From an uncultured Parachlamydiaceae bacterium (GTDB lineage: Bacteria > Chlamydiota > Chlamydiia > Chlamydiales > Parachlamydiaceae), in contig CAVVKX010000032.1 in the NCBI GenBank assembly GCA_963748975.1, forward strand, positions 7,860 to 71,859: a DNA stretch of 64,000 nucleotides. Reading direction: 5' to 3'. The notes under the pieces are model-generated. The model was not told the DNA's origin. It ran no database searches and saw only the letters and a program-made list of their open reading frames with translations. Below are positions 46,653 to 57,717 of this stretch, in pieces (positions within the stretch are counted from its first letter, which is position 1; each line of letters starts with the position of its first letter). Made by a program: the position numbers and the translations under genes.

Positions 46653-49307
46653 ATGCAATCTACTACGTTCAGTACAATCACAAAGATTACCGCCATCTTT
46701 CTGACCACTTTATTTTTTCAACCGTTGGAAGCCATAAGTTATGTCTGGGACGTGGCTTCTGGTGACTGGGCAAATGGTGCTAATTGGACTCCAACCGGAG
46801 GTCCCCCTACCATTAACGATTCGGCAACAATAAACAATGGAGGGGTAGCTACAGTCGACAATGGTCAGATGGTAGGTATGATATTTTTAGGAAGTCCCTC
46901 GGGCACGGATACAATCAATGTTTTGCCTCCGGGGGGTGTAATTTTAGATTTTGATGCCAATATAGGGGAAGTGGCAGGGACTCAGGGCACAATTAATATT
47001 GCAGGAACGTGGAGTAGTGATACTATAAATGCGGGTGTTAATGGAACGGGCAACTTTGTCATTAACAATGGCAGTAATTCTTTTAGCGTATTCTGCAACA
47101 TAGGAGTCAATGCCACTGGCGTAGGCAATGGTTTAATTGATGGAGCAGGGACTCAATTATTTCTTTCAGGTGGTAACTTAGTTATCGGCAACTCAGGCCA
47201 AGGAAATCTGACCATACAGAATGGGGCACAAGTTCTTCAAGCAAGTACACAAGTAGCTGCGAACCCTGGCAGCACGGGGTCGCTTGTTTTGGCAGGAACG
47301 CCAGGCGCCCAAGGTTTATTAAATACCGATTCGTTGACTACAGGATCATCAAGCACGAGCTTTTTGACTTTCAATGGTGGTATCCTGCAACCCATCATTC
47401 CTTTGACAATAAGCGGTTTTACACTAGCGACCATTCAAAGTGGGGGCGCCTTCATTGATACGCAAACTTTTGACATTAGCGCTCCACAGTCATTTACAGG
47501 ACCTGGCCAACTTGTCATGCTTGGAACGGGTTCATTATTATTATCAGGACTTAATTCCTATTCAGGCGGTACGACGATTACAGCAGGAACGTTGCAAGGT
47601 GATACGAATAGTATTCCTACAGGAAATGTTGTGGATCAAGGCACTCTAATTTTTAATCAAACATTTAATGGAACTTTTGCGGGATCTATTTTCGGCTCAG
47701 GAACCTTCCTTAAGCAAGGTAGTGGCGTATTACAACTCACAGGAAACAGTGCAAATTTTGCAGGATCTTCTACGATTGCAGCCGGTACTTTAAATGTGAA
47801 TGGTATTTTAGGTGGATTACTGACTGTTAACAATGGCACAACCCTCTCTGGAAATGGTTTCTTAGGCAATGTCACCAATAATGGGATCATCGCTCCTGGT
47901 AATTCCATCGGAACGATTCATGTTAATAATTTCGTTAACAATAGTACTGGAACATATATCGCAGAAATCAGTGGAACCGGAGCATCGGATGAAATAGTGT
48001 CTACAGGAACAGCCGTATTGAATGGTGGACAACTTATTGTGACAGCCGATCCAGGCATATATTTAAAAGGAACTACTTATACTTTAATCGATGCGGATGC
48101 AGGACTTACAGGGCAATTCTCATCAACAATACTACCAACTAACGTTCTTGTTGCACCCTCCTATTTACCTAATCAATTGATTTTAACCGTCCTTGCTTCC
48201 ACACTGACAACCACAGGATTATCAGGCAATGCCTTGCGAGTGGCGCAATACATTAGAGATCATGTTGATGCTAATCCTGATATCTTAAAAATCACTGCGG
48301 CCCTTAACACATTGGACCCTGCGCAACAACAAAAAGCTTATGATCAGCTCACTCCTGCCCTTTTTCAAGCTTTAGCTTATACTGTTGGTGATACTGCTCA
48401 TATGATCAACACAACTTTTATCGATCGCTTGAACTACTTACGCAAGACCTCTTGTTGTGAAGATCTTTGCAATCCTCGTACTTCAGGCGCATGGATCGCA
48501 GGAACAGCTGATTTCATACGCCAAAGCAAAACGCAAGAACTGCGCCGGTTTAATACCAATAATGAAGGAGTGGCTTTGGGCTATGACAATAGGCTATTTG
48601 ACACATGGCTGGCTGGTTTAGGAATAGGCTATTCAAACTCAAACCTACATTGGGGAAATTCTGCAGGTCATGCCAACATCAATAGCCTCTATGTCGGCGT
48701 GTACGCCACACAATGTCACGATTGTTATTTTATTGATGCAACCTTGTTAGGATACTTCAATAATCACCGCGTGCGTCGTCATATACACTTTGCAGATATT
48801 GACCGAACAGCTAAAAATAACCACGATAGTTATGGCTTCAATCCTCATTTAGGAGGTGGAATGTATTTGGATTTTTGCTCTGTGAATATGACACCTTTCT
48901 TTGATTTGGATTATTATTTTATTCAACAAAACCGCTACAGGGAGCATGGCGCAAATAGCATAGACTTGCGTGTTAAGCGCAATCAAACCAATTTATTGCG
49001 AGTGGAAGCTGGATTGAATCTTTCAAAAAGCTATCCATTGTGGGGTGGTAGTTTACAACCTAACGTATCGGTCAGCTATGTTGGACATCGCCTACTCAGC
49101 GGCAAAAAATACATCGCAGCTTTTAATGGAATCGATGCAAACTTTACTTCGTTCGGCACCAAACATTGCTTTAATCAGCTTGAATTAGGTGGAGGGGTAT
49201 TGTATGTGATCAATGATCATTTAGGCGTTAACGCTTGGTATGATATAGAGCTAGGACGTAAACGTCAGGAACAAGAAGTTAATCTTGAAATCAATTACCG
49301 CTTCTAA
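46653..49307 (+). CDS. Autotransporter (type Va) with beta-helical passenger
   Basis: Signal peptide; passenger repeats (GTGSLLLSGLNSYSGGTTITAGTL), IAPGNSIGT, C-terminal beta-barrel ending in YRF. Confidence 0.92.
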   Translation: MQSTTFSTITKITAIFLTTLFFQPLEAISYVWDVASGDWANGANWTPTGGPPTINDSATINNGGVATVDNGQMVGMIFLGSPSGTDTINVLPPGGVILDFDANIGEVAGTQGTINIAGTWSSDTINAGVNGTGNFVINNGSNSFSVFCNIGVNATGVGNGLIDGAGTQLFLSGGNLVIGNSGQGNLTIQNGAQVLQASTQVAANPGSTGSLVLAGTPGAQGLLNTDSLTTGSSSTSFLTFNGGILQPIIPLTISGFTLATIQSGGAFIDTQTFDISAPQSFTGPGQLVMLGTGSLLLSGLNSYSGGTTITAGTLQGDTNSIPTGNVVDQGTLIFNQTFNGTFAGSIFGSGTFLKQGSGVLQLTGNSANFAGSSTIAAGTLNVNGILGGLLTVNNGTTLSGNGFLGNVTNNGIIAPGNSIGTIHVNNFVNNSTGTYIAEISGTGASDEIVSTGTAVLNGGQLIVTADPGIYLKGTTYTLIDADAGLTGQFSSTILPTNVLVAPSYLPNQLILTVLASTLTTTGLSGNALRVAQYIRDHVDANPDILKITAALNTLDPAQQQKAYDQLTPALFQALAYTVGDTAHMINTTFIDRLNYLRKTSCCEDLCNPRTSGAWIAGTADFIRQSKTQELRRFNTNNEGVALGYDNRLFDTWLAGLGIGYSNSNLHWGNSAGHANINSLYVGVYATQCHDCYFIDATLLGYFNNHRVRRHIHFADIDRTAKNNHDSYGFNPHLGGGMYLDFCSVNMTPFFDLDYYFIQQNRYREHGANSIDLRVKRNQTNLLRVEAGLNLSKSYPLWGGSLQPNVSVSYVGHRLLSGKKYIAAFNGIDANFTSFGTKHCFNQLELGGGVLYVINDHLGVNAWYDIELGRKRQEQEVNLEINYRF

Positions 49308-49358
49308 AAACCTTGTAGCACACTTTTGGGGCATACGCATCAGGTTAGCAAAAAGGAC

Positions 49359-50144
49359 TCATTTACTTTTGAACCAAGGAACGAAAGAACTTGTCGTCCT
49401 TTGATATTCTCTATACGACTCTGGCTTTGTTCTCAAGGCTTGTTCTTCCGTTAATGGAATACCCGACACTTTTAAAAGCAAAAAAAGCATAATAGCTGGT
49501 GCAATAACCGCGAAAAATCCCCAAGGCGTTCCCAAAGAAAAGATAAAGAATCCTATCCAAACGATAAATTCAAAAAAATAATTAGGGTGCCTTGAGTAAT
49601 TCCACAGGCCTTTCTGACAGACTTGGCCCACATTAACAGGATCTTCCTTAAAAGAAGCTAATTGACTGTCAGATAAAGCTTCTCCCCCCACACCAATCGC
49701 CCAAATCACAACCCCCCAACCTTCAAAAACATGCCAGTCAGGCGAAACATTCATACAAACGATCATAAAGGGTAAAGAAAGAATGACCGCAAGAAATCCT
49801 TGAAACAAGAACATGAGGAAGAATTTAAAATCACTCGCATTTGAACCCCAACTTTCTCGAATAGCCTGATAACGTGGATCTTCATCGGTTGAAATATACC
49901 TTTGATAGATATGCCAAAATAATCTTCCTGCCCATATCCAAACCATAAAGGCTAAGAGCCATTTACGTGGTGCCCAGCCATCCCCAATAAGCAAGCTGGC
50001 TAACATGGTTAAAACGAAGCTGAAGGTCCAGCCTAAATCAACGATTCCCGAGTTTCTTTTAAAAAAATAAATACCCCATAGAACAACCATAAGTCCAGTC
50101 ACAAGCATAAAGCATGCGCCTACCATTTCTAAAAATTCCATCAT
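49359..50144 (-). CDS. DUF1295 / steroid 5-alpha-reductase-like membrane protein
   Basis: EDPRY, GLWNYSRHPNYFFE, YQRTTSSFVPW. Confidence 0.9.
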   Translation of the reverse strand: MMEFLEMVGACFMLVTGLMVVLWGIYFFKRNSGIVDLGWTFSFVLTMLASLLIGDGWAPRKWLLAFMVWIWAGRLFWHIYQRYISTDEDPRYQAIRESWGSNASDFKFFLMFLFQGFLAVILSLPFMIVCMNVSPDWHVFEGWGVVIWAIGVGGEALSDSQLASFKEDPVNVGQVCQKGLWNYSRHPNYFFEFIVWIGFFIFSLGTPWGFFAVIAPAIMLFLLLKVSGIPLTEEQALRTKPESYREYQRTTSSFVPWFKSK

Positions 50145-50243
50145 GAATGTTTCCTTTTGTTCTCCATAAAACTACTTTTATGTTACATTAGACCTATTGA
50201 GTCATACTGTTTTTAAAACATTTAATAATAAAGTTTTTTTTCT

Positions 50244-50681
50244 ATGTCAATCAGCTGTCTTGAAAAACAAAATGAAATTAGACAACTCTTTTCAGCATGC
50301 GCTAATGAAGATGAAAAATACAAGAAAATTATTGAAATGGGTAAGAAACTCCCAAAACTCGAACCCCAATACAAAACTACCGATAACATTGTCAAAGGAT
50401 GCCAAAGTATCATGTATTTGCATTCTTTCTTGCAAGAAGGGCGTGTCTATTTTAAAGCCGATTCTGAAGCTTTAATCTCAGCGGGTTTGGCATCTATACT
50501 TATCCATGTTTATGAAGGGGAAACGCCGGAAACTATCCTCACTTGTCCTCCCACATTCCTAGATGATTTGGGGATTAGTGCAAGTTTAACCCCAAGCCGA
50601 GCTAACGGCCTATATAGTGTTCATTTACGTATGAAACAGGATGCTCTAAAGTTTCTCACAAAAAAAGGAATTGATGCATAA
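50244..50681 (+). CDS. sufE: SufE family Fe-S sulfur acceptor
   Basis: VKGCQS, ADSEALI, LTPSRANG. Confidence 0.9.
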   Translation: MSISCLEKQNEIRQLFSACANEDEKYKKIIEMGKKLPKLEPQYKTTDNIVKGCQSIMYLHSFLQEGRVYFKADSEALISAGLASILIHVYEGETPETILTCPPTFLDDLGISASLTPSRANGLYSVHLRMKQDALKFLTKKGIDA

Positions 50682-50706
50682 TTACCACCGGCCCAGTCAG
50701 ATCGAT

Positions 50707-50860
50707 ACCACCGAGCTCAGTGAGATCAGTGAGAAAATATGAGAAAATTGAGTAGGATTATACAATTAGACGCCGAATGCCATGGTTCAACAATTTAAAA
50801 TTGATCCTCTCCCTGTCGCACACCTTCTCACTGATCTCAGTGGACTCAGTGGTTAATTAT
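50707..50860. mobile_element. MITE-like element, inverted copy of 22921-23096
   Basis: ACCACCGAG...CTCAGTGGT ends; internal CGAATGCC and GAGAAAATATGAGAAAATTGAG blocks are shared. Confidence 0.75.
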
Positions 50861-50963
50861 ACGGTTTAATTCACCCACATAGGTAACACTTTATAAATTG
50901 TACAACAAACTCCCTTGATTATATATTTATTTATAATATACAATACTACTACTTAAACAAGGA

Positions 50964-51944
50964 ATGATTATGCCCTCAATGATTAGTTTTATTAACCCCT
51001 TTTCAAAAGAATATAATCGCTTAGACGATTTTAAACATTTAAGTACTAAACAACAAGTCGTCACTGTTTTAGTGACCATTTTCACTGGGATATTCACCTT
51101 AGGAATTGGGGCGACCCCTTGTTTTCGATCCCTCGTAAATAGATTTAAAAAATTAAAGGTTGATGATAATCCTGCTGCAGAAAAAGCTCATGATTTGGCT
51201 AAAAAAAACATCCCAGGTCTGCCGCAAAATAAACCCCAGGAAAAAAAACCCGATCCATTTAAATTAGAATTTATTAATCTGGACGACCCAAAAACATATC
51301 CGCCCAACTTCAAAGTCATAAAACCTGTAGAAGAACAAAAATTAGAAGGACAACCGCAAAAAGAACATAAAGATTCAGGTCAGCAGCAAATTGATAAACC
51401 CCTCAATCCGAAATTAAACGACCAAATTCCCCTTCAAGAACCGTTAATCCCTCAAAAGCCTTCAGTTGGAATAGTTGAAGAAAAGAAAGAGCCGACGCCT
51501 GTTCCAGCAGCTTCTATTCAAAATAATAAAATACCAGGAAAGGTCTACTTTACTGATACCTCAGAAATTGCCCAATCTTTTCAAAATGAACTCAATCGAA
51601 TGCTTAATCAATATCCAAGCGTAAATTTGTTCGTTTTAAGTATGCAAACTCGAATAGATCATGTGACTTTACCAAAGGTTATTAATCAATTCAAAGAAGA
51701 TTCTGGCAATAAACCCCTTATCATCATTGTTCTGCAAAGGCGGATTGTTTCAACTTTTACTCCAGAAGAAATAAATTCTAACCTCCTTTCATGGGGCATT
51801 GAATGTAATGCCTTCATCCATGGACAACGATTAGTAGAGTTAGACCCAACAGGTATGAGTTTGGTGCCAAAACTTTCGATTGAAAATGAAGGCACACTTT
51901 TGAAAGAAATTGAGGAAAAAATGAAGCCGTTAAGTACAAGTTAA
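50964..51944 (+). CDS. Hypothetical protein with N-terminal hydrophobic segment and P/Q/K-rich linker; candidate effector
   Basis: 326-aa ORF; VVTVLVTIFTGIFTLGIGA segment. Confidence 0.75.
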   Translation: MIMPSMISFINPFSKEYNRLDDFKHLSTKQQVVTVLVTIFTGIFTLGIGATPCFRSLVNRFKKLKVDDNPAAEKAHDLAKKNIPGLPQNKPQEKKPDPFKLEFINLDDPKTYPPNFKVIKPVEEQKLEGQPQKEHKDSGQQQIDKPLNPKLNDQIPLQEPLIPQKPSVGIVEEKKEPTPVPAASIQNNKIPGKVYFTDTSEIAQSFQNELNRMLNQYPSVNLFVLSMQTRIDHVTLPKVINQFKEDSGNKPLIIIVLQRRIVSTFTPEEINSNLLSWGIECNAFIHGQRLVELDPTGMSLVPKLSIENEGTLLKEIEEKMKPLSTS

Positions 51945-53770
51945 GCAGTCGTCTGCTTATTACGTGTCTCGAACTCAAGTTTCCATTGACGCCCATCATG
52001 TGCTACACACCACAATTCAAGAACACCCAATTCTGTCATTCGGGATTTTAATTTAACCCGGATGACCTTTCCATCCCCTTCACTCCTATCTAAGGATGTT
52101 TCTATAGGGTGTAATTCTGTGAGCTCCATTTTGCAGTTTTTAACAAGGGTTCCTATAGAAGGTTCCGTTCCATTGGATAAAGTTTTTGTAGAACGACAAA
52201 AGAAACGAAAAATCACCGGGGCACCGATAACCAGAGTAAATTCTTGCTGTGGTAATTCACATTCGGTCCCCTCTTCCATGCCAAAAGGCACAACGCATAC
52301 AGCCCTTGTAGGTGGGATGACACCTGGTACAGCTGGCACGGCATCTTCAATGCCCACATAGAAGCTTCGACTGGAACCGCTTTTGATACGCACTGCGTTG
52401 CCATTGCGGGAAAGACCATAATAAGCAGCACCTTGGCTCACTGCATAGTCCAAATCACAATCTTCTAATGAACATACAGGCTCTTTTTTTAAAAGTTTCG
52501 CCCAGCTGTTCAATTGCTCCATGATTCGCTGACGAAAAGCGTCCGCTTTCATCGTTCCCCCATTGAATAGAACAAATGTAGGCAAAACAAAGTGATCCAT
52601 GCTTTCACTGTCGCTCTCACCTGTCATTGAAAGAAACTTAGCAAGCTGACAGGTGATACGAGGATCTTGAGCATAAGGTAAGCCCACTTGCTGCAAACCT
52701 AAACGCTTTTCCATCACGGAACGTTCCTGAGGTTTTACAATAGGCATGAATCCATCTAAAATGAGTGCTTTAGCTTCTTTTAAACTGATAGTGGTATTTA
52801 AAGAATTTCCGATAAGCTTGCGTCCTCGTCCTAACAACGTGATGTCCACAAACTCGGGTGGCTTTTCAGAAAAAAGAAGCTCTTTAGCTGAACGACAGGC
52901 ATGCGTTAAGGCCGGAATTTGTCCCTCTTCAATCGTATGGCCAGCATCTTCTAGTTTGCTTTTAGCAAAATAAGCCAAGGCAAGATCTATGTTATCGCCT
53001 CCGAGCAAAAGATGTGACCCCACAGCTAAGCGATTCAAACTTAGATCACCATTCTCATTACCAACAGAGATTAAACTAAAGTCTGTTGTGCCTCCTCCAA
53101 TATCTACAACCAAAATGTTATCGCCGACGTTCAATATCTTGCGCCAGTCATCATGATGTTTGTTAAGCCAAGCGTAAAATGCAGACTGAGGTTCTTCCAT
53201 CAAAATAATGGGAGGATAGCCAGCTTGAATGGCAGCTTCCTCAACAAGTTGTCGGGCACTTGGATCAAAAGAAGCAGGAACAGTGATCAAAATTTGCTGC
53301 TCCTTAAAAAGCGCATGGGGCATTTTATTTTCCCATGAAAGCCGCAAGTGTTTAAGAAGCTCAGCACAAGCCTGCAGAGGACTCATTTTGTCAGACGATT
53401 CATCGAAATCTATCGGCAATAACGGATCTCTTCTGTCGATGCCGGCGTGACAAAGCCAAGATTTTGCTGATGATATAAGTCGAATAGGTAATTCTGATCC
53501 CCTATTCCGAGCATAAAGACCGACGCAGCTTGTAGAAGAAGAGGAAATACCTTCCAAGTTAATATGTCCAGCGGAAAGCTCTTCCTGTAATGGGAAGTAA
53601 ATAAAAGAAGGCAAAGATCTTTCTTCGCCTGCAGTACCTGCTTGAATGATCTGAGGAATTAAGAATTGATGAACCTTGTGGGTTTCATCAGCGACTTGCA
53701 CATAGGCCATTGTGCAATTCGTTGTGCCCAGATCAATTCCAATGATGTAGTTTTTATCTGAAGCTATCAT
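51941..53770 (-). CDS. Atypical Hsp70-family protein
   Basis: GIDLGTTN, ITVPASFD, EEPQSA, DIGGGTTD, LGGDNID; lacks the canonical DnaK linker and lid. Confidence 0.9.
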   Translation of the reverse strand: MIASDKNYIIGIDLGTTNCTMAYVQVADETHKVHQFLIPQIIQAGTAGEERSLPSFIYFPLQEELSAGHINLEGISSSSTSCVGLYARNRGSELPIRLISSAKSWLCHAGIDRRDPLLPIDFDESSDKMSPLQACAELLKHLRLSWENKMPHALFKEQQILITVPASFDPSARQLVEEAAIQAGYPPIILMEEPQSAFYAWLNKHHDDWRKILNVGDNILVVDIGGGTTDFSLISVGNENGDLSLNRLAVGSHLLLGGDNIDLALAYFAKSKLEDAGHTIEEGQIPALTHACRSAKELLFSEKPPEFVDITLLGRGRKLIGNSLNTTISLKEAKALILDGFMPIVKPQERSVMEKRLGLQQVGLPYAQDPRITCQLAKFLSMTGESDSESMDHFVLPTFVLFNGGTMKADAFRQRIMEQLNSWAKLLKKEPVCSLEDCDLDYAVSQGAAYYGLSRNGNAVRIKSGSSRSFYVGIEDAVPAVPGVIPPTRAVCVVPFGMEEGTECELPQQEFTLVIGAPVIFRFFCRSTKTLSNGTEPSIGTLVKNCKMELTELHPIETSLDRSEGDGKVIRVKLKSRMTELGVLELWCVAHDGRQWKLEFETRNKQTTA

Positions 53771-54253
53771 TTATACTTCTATTTCTGCTGGACAAATTAT
53801 TTCGGAAGCGTGTTCTCCCATTTTTTGAGGTAGTGAGCGTTTATGCGCTTTCCATCCTTGATGAACCACAGTCCCCTTATAAGGAGGTTCCCCTTTGACT
53901 TTTCCTGTAACCTTAATTGCAGAAGGATCATAACCTTTAGGAACAGAAATGGTGGAACCTTCTTTTTCAAGCATCAAAGGTCGAACCGTTACTAATTCTT
54001 CTAAACTTTTACTACAATCCTGATGAATTTGCCTTGCCGCTGCACCAATTTGAGCATCTGTGAAATCATCAATATCCTCCTTTAAAAAATCAATCAGGCG
54101 TCCTGATTGCTGAAGTAACGCCAACAATCGCAAATGAGAAAGATCAGCTGTCTGATTTTCTATTAGTGGGGCAGGTTCGTTTAAAAAATCCTGCGCTTTT
54201 ACGGGATCTCCCCAAGCTTTAAAAAAAGCCTTTATAGCTAACATAAAACCCAT
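53771..54253 (-). CDS. DUF2760-family protein
   Basis: LLALLQQSGRLIDFLKED, QIGAAAR and GTVVHQGW motifs; its stop abuts the Hsp70 start. Confidence 0.85.
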   Translation of the reverse strand: MGFMLAIKAFFKAWGDPVKAQDFLNEPAPLIENQTADLSHLRLLALLQQSGRLIDFLKEDIDDFTDAQIGAAARQIHQDCSKSLEELVTVRPLMLEKEGSTISVPKGYDPSAIKVTGKVKGEPPYKGTVVHQGWKAHKRSLPQKMGEHASEIICPAEIEV

Positions 54254-54264
54254 ATTATATTCTC

Positions 54265-55534
54265 CTAAACATCAGTTCTTTTTTCAACAAGTTCATAAGC
54301 TTCATAAGTGGTCGACAAATAACCGGTATGGACTAATATTTCCAACATCAAGCAAAAGAGGAAAAATAAAAAAACACATCCAAGCAGGAACTTCCCCCCC
54401 CGGTAAGCGAAAACCATTTTGATATCCCATTTTGTATCGGCCAATCCATATCATTAAGATGGGGATAAGCCCATTCAAAATAGTGTCTCCATAGCCTCCA
54501 GAAGAATCCAAAGCCACCAAGAACACTCTCTCGAATTGTGTAACAAAAATTAAAGTCGGTACAACGATAAGCAACCCAAGGATCAAGTTACCCAAACCCA
54601 CCTTTTTGATTTTTAATCCATCGGACAAGAAATCAAACAACCCCAAAGCAATGCCTAAAAAAGAAGTCACGACCGCAAAGAAGGCAAAGAAATGTGCCGT
54701 CATAGCCACATACTTTCCTGTGACATGTTCGTTCAAAAAATTGGTAGCCGGTTCGCCATTAATCAAAGCCTGAGCGAGTCCATTAGAACCTTCTACCGGA
54801 ACAATGCCCAACATAAGTCCTTGCCAAATGGCATAAATAATAAATGTGACTGTTGTCCCCCCTATGATAGCCCATCGCAACCCTTTCACATTCCTTTTTA
54901 AATACGGTGTTAAACTCGGAACCATCGTTTGATAGCTAAAGGATGCTAACATGAGGGGGATAGCTAATAAAAATCCAGACCATTTGCTGTAAGCTAAATA
55001 GTGAGTTTTCACTTCGGGCGTTCCCATCCCTACGAGAGCTACATATGAAGCAATCATGGCAATAAACAGGACCGCATTGACCCTACCGACGATACGGCTG
55101 CCCAAGTACAAGACGAGACCGAACGTTATAATAAAAATAAAACATCCTACATTTTTATCTAACGATAAATGGAATAAGTGGTCGAAGCCGAGCGCAATCT
55201 GAATTCCCCCGGCAGCCGTATAAGCAACGATAGAAGCATAACAAATGAAAAGGTAAAGAATCCAACTGATCCAGCGTCCAAAATTGCCCAAGATACGATG
55301 TGTCATTGTATTGATGTGAACACCAGGTTCCATCCATAGACTGACCTCTATCAGAAAAAGACCCGTCAAAGTCATCATGATCCAACAGATGAACATCACA
55401 ACAAGTGACGGAATAAAGCCATTAATTCCTGTAGCTACAGGTAAAGCCAACATGCCACCACCAATACATGTGCCTGCCACGAGAAACATCGCGGATAGAA
55501 TTGTCCCCAGAGAGGGCTGCTGAGTCTGTTCCAC
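54265..55534 (-). CDS. tyrP: Aromatic amino-acid permease (TyrP/Mtr family); 1-nt frameshift in a G8 run near the 3' end
   Basis: LVAGTCIGGGMLALP and TSFLGIALGLFD; removing one G gives PGGKFLL...* ending at 54265. Confidence 0.85.
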
Positions 55535-55712
55535 AAATCGCCAATTTTAATTATTTAAAAAAACACTCATTCTAAATAATTTGACGATACTCTAAGAAGA
55601 AACGAGAAAAATTAAATTATATTTAAATATTTTAAGTTAAGTATTTTAAATATTCTTAGCCCGATACGTATGTACTTTAGCTCCCCTTAAGCTAAATGAG
55701 AGTTAATGCTTC

Positions 55713-56896
55713 TTAAAATAAATTGGTGATGGAATCTTGTTCACCTCCCGTTATTTTTACCTTGCCATCCAAACTCACGCAAAGATCATACTCCAGACGA
55801 ACTCCCAAATTGATGGGGCAAATAAATGCCCGGCTCGATAGAAAAACAAGTTCCAGGAATCACCAAGCGTTGATCATGTGTTTCCAAATTATCCATATTA
55901 GTTCCACTGCCATGGTCTGAAATGTCAATGCTATGGCCGGTACGATGTACAAAATATTCCCCATAGCCAGATCCATTAATGACGTCCCGCGCAGCTTGAT
56001 CCACCTCCCACCCCTGTAAAGGCAATTGCAGATCAAACCTATCCTTCACAAGTTGAGTAGCAGCCTTTTGAGCCCTTCTGACGATATTGAAAACATCTTT
56101 CTGAAGTTTATTAGGACCTTCTGCCGCGATCGCCACACGTGTTATATCGGCATAGATTGCATCCTGCTGATCAAGCTTGCACCACAAATCAATTAAAATA
56201 AAATCGCCCGGCCTAATTTCTTCGGCAGACGCTTCAGTAGGGCTATAATGGGGGTCAGCAGAATGGGAATTAACAGCACAAATAGGTGCATCCGATGTCA
56301 CGCAGCCTTGGCTCGCCAACTCTTTTAATATAAACTGCTGTACGTCATATTCAGTGATTTTGCTTTTAACTTGAAGTGATCTTCTTATCATCATCCAAGT
56401 TCTTTCCGCTACTTGATCTAGAATTTGTGCCGCCATCACATGTGTATCTGATTGTTTAGGCGATAAAAGACTCGTAAACTTTTGCAAAATATCACAGGAG
56501 CTGACAATGTTGTACCCAAAATCACGTAACATGTCGATAGTACCAGCATCCACTTTGGAGACTGTGGGTATATCATTATGAGGAGAGTATTCCATGGCTA
56601 TGCTGCTGACATCCTTTAAGAGAATCTTTCAAAAATTTCTCCATCTGTTGCCATCCATTAAATTGTAGGGTTTTACCAGGGAGATGTTTTAGAGGATTTT
56701 CTACAGCATGGACGATTTTGACAGGCTCCCCTTTGGAAGGAATCCAGTAGAAGAAACGCCGTGTTAATAATTGATGAGAGGTTATTTCTAAAAATCTGCA
56801 GGCTAACTCATTGCTTCTTCGAAAGTCATATAAAAGCCACCCATCCAGTTGATGTTTTTGTAGGAGAGCTTGTGCATCTAGAAGCTTTTGTTTCAT
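55713..56896 (-). CDS. Xaa-Pro aminopeptidase (M24 family), two frameshifts
   Basis: DPHY, ILID, YADITR, HRTGH and FSIEPGIY; GVRLE in the shifted frame. Confidence 0.88.
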
Positions 56897-56948
56897 TTAA
56901 TCACCATTTTTGTTAACTTGAAGGAGCCAGTAAGTCTAGCAAGCCTTT

Positions 56949-57674
56949 ATGCCAGAACCTTTATTAAATATTCAAAACCTCTCTTTTTCCTATGGAAAAC
57001 AAAAGATCTTAAATGATCTTTCCCTGACTATAAATCAAAATGAAATTATCTCTTTAGTCGGATGGTCCGGGTCAGGAAAAACTACCCTTTTTAAAATTCT
57101 TACAGGAATTCTAGCTTATGAGCAAGGATCCATTATCTTTGACGGACATTTTCCTAAAGCTATTTCTTATATGACGCAAGAAGATATGTTACTCCCTTGG
57201 CGAACGGTTTGGGGGAATCTGCTTCTCCTTTCAGAATTAGGCAGAGCCCCTCACTTGACACCCTCTCTATCTCAAGAAGCCAAGGCATTGTTGTCAGAAT
57301 TGGGCTTAGAAGATTACGCAGAAGCCTATCCAGAAGAGCTTTCCGGTGGCATGCGTCAAAGAGTCTCTTTAGCTCGAGCCCTTTTACAAAAGCGCCCTCT
57401 TCTTCTTTTAGATGAACCTTTTGGAAGTTTAGATGTCGTGCTGCGCGAACAAATCTACGAACTTCTGCGTAATTTGAAATCCAAAATAGGCTGCACCATT
57501 TTGCTAGTCACCCATGACTTCCACGATGCCTTATGCCTTTCGGATCGGATCCTTTTAATGCACAATGGAACTATCCACAAAACATGGTTAATTGAAAATG
57601 AAACGAGAAAAGATCCCCTTCTTTTAAGCGCTATGACCGAAGAAATACGCCGGGAATTGTTTTATTTAAGATAA
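56949..57674 (+). CDS. ABC transporter ATPase (TauB/SsuB/ThiZ-like)
   Basis: GWSGSGKTT, LSGGMRQR, LLLDEPF, VTHD. Confidence 0.93.
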   Translation: MPEPLLNIQNLSFSYGKQKILNDLSLTINQNEIISLVGWSGSGKTTLFKILTGILAYEQGSIIFDGHFPKAISYMTQEDMLLPWRTVWGNLLLLSELGRAPHLTPSLSQEAKALLSELGLEDYAEAYPEELSGGMRQRVSLARALLQKRPLLLLDEPFGSLDVVLREQIYELLRNLKSKIGCTILLVTHDFHDALCLSDRILLMHNGTIHKTWLIENETRKDPLLLSAMTEEIRRELFYLR

Positions 57675-57675
57675 G

Positions 57676-57699
57676 TCGGGGCCCACTAAGAAGCCCCGA
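57676..57699. terminator. Hairpin between convergent genes
   Basis: TCGGGGC...GCCCCGA. Confidence 0.5.
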
Positions 57700-57717
57700 T
57701 TGAATTCATATTACTGT

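Noticed and set aside
54393-54401. Phase variation at the G8 tract in the tyrP-like gene
   Set aside because: A homopolymer error is more parsimonious given other indels nearby; it cannot be distinguished without reads.
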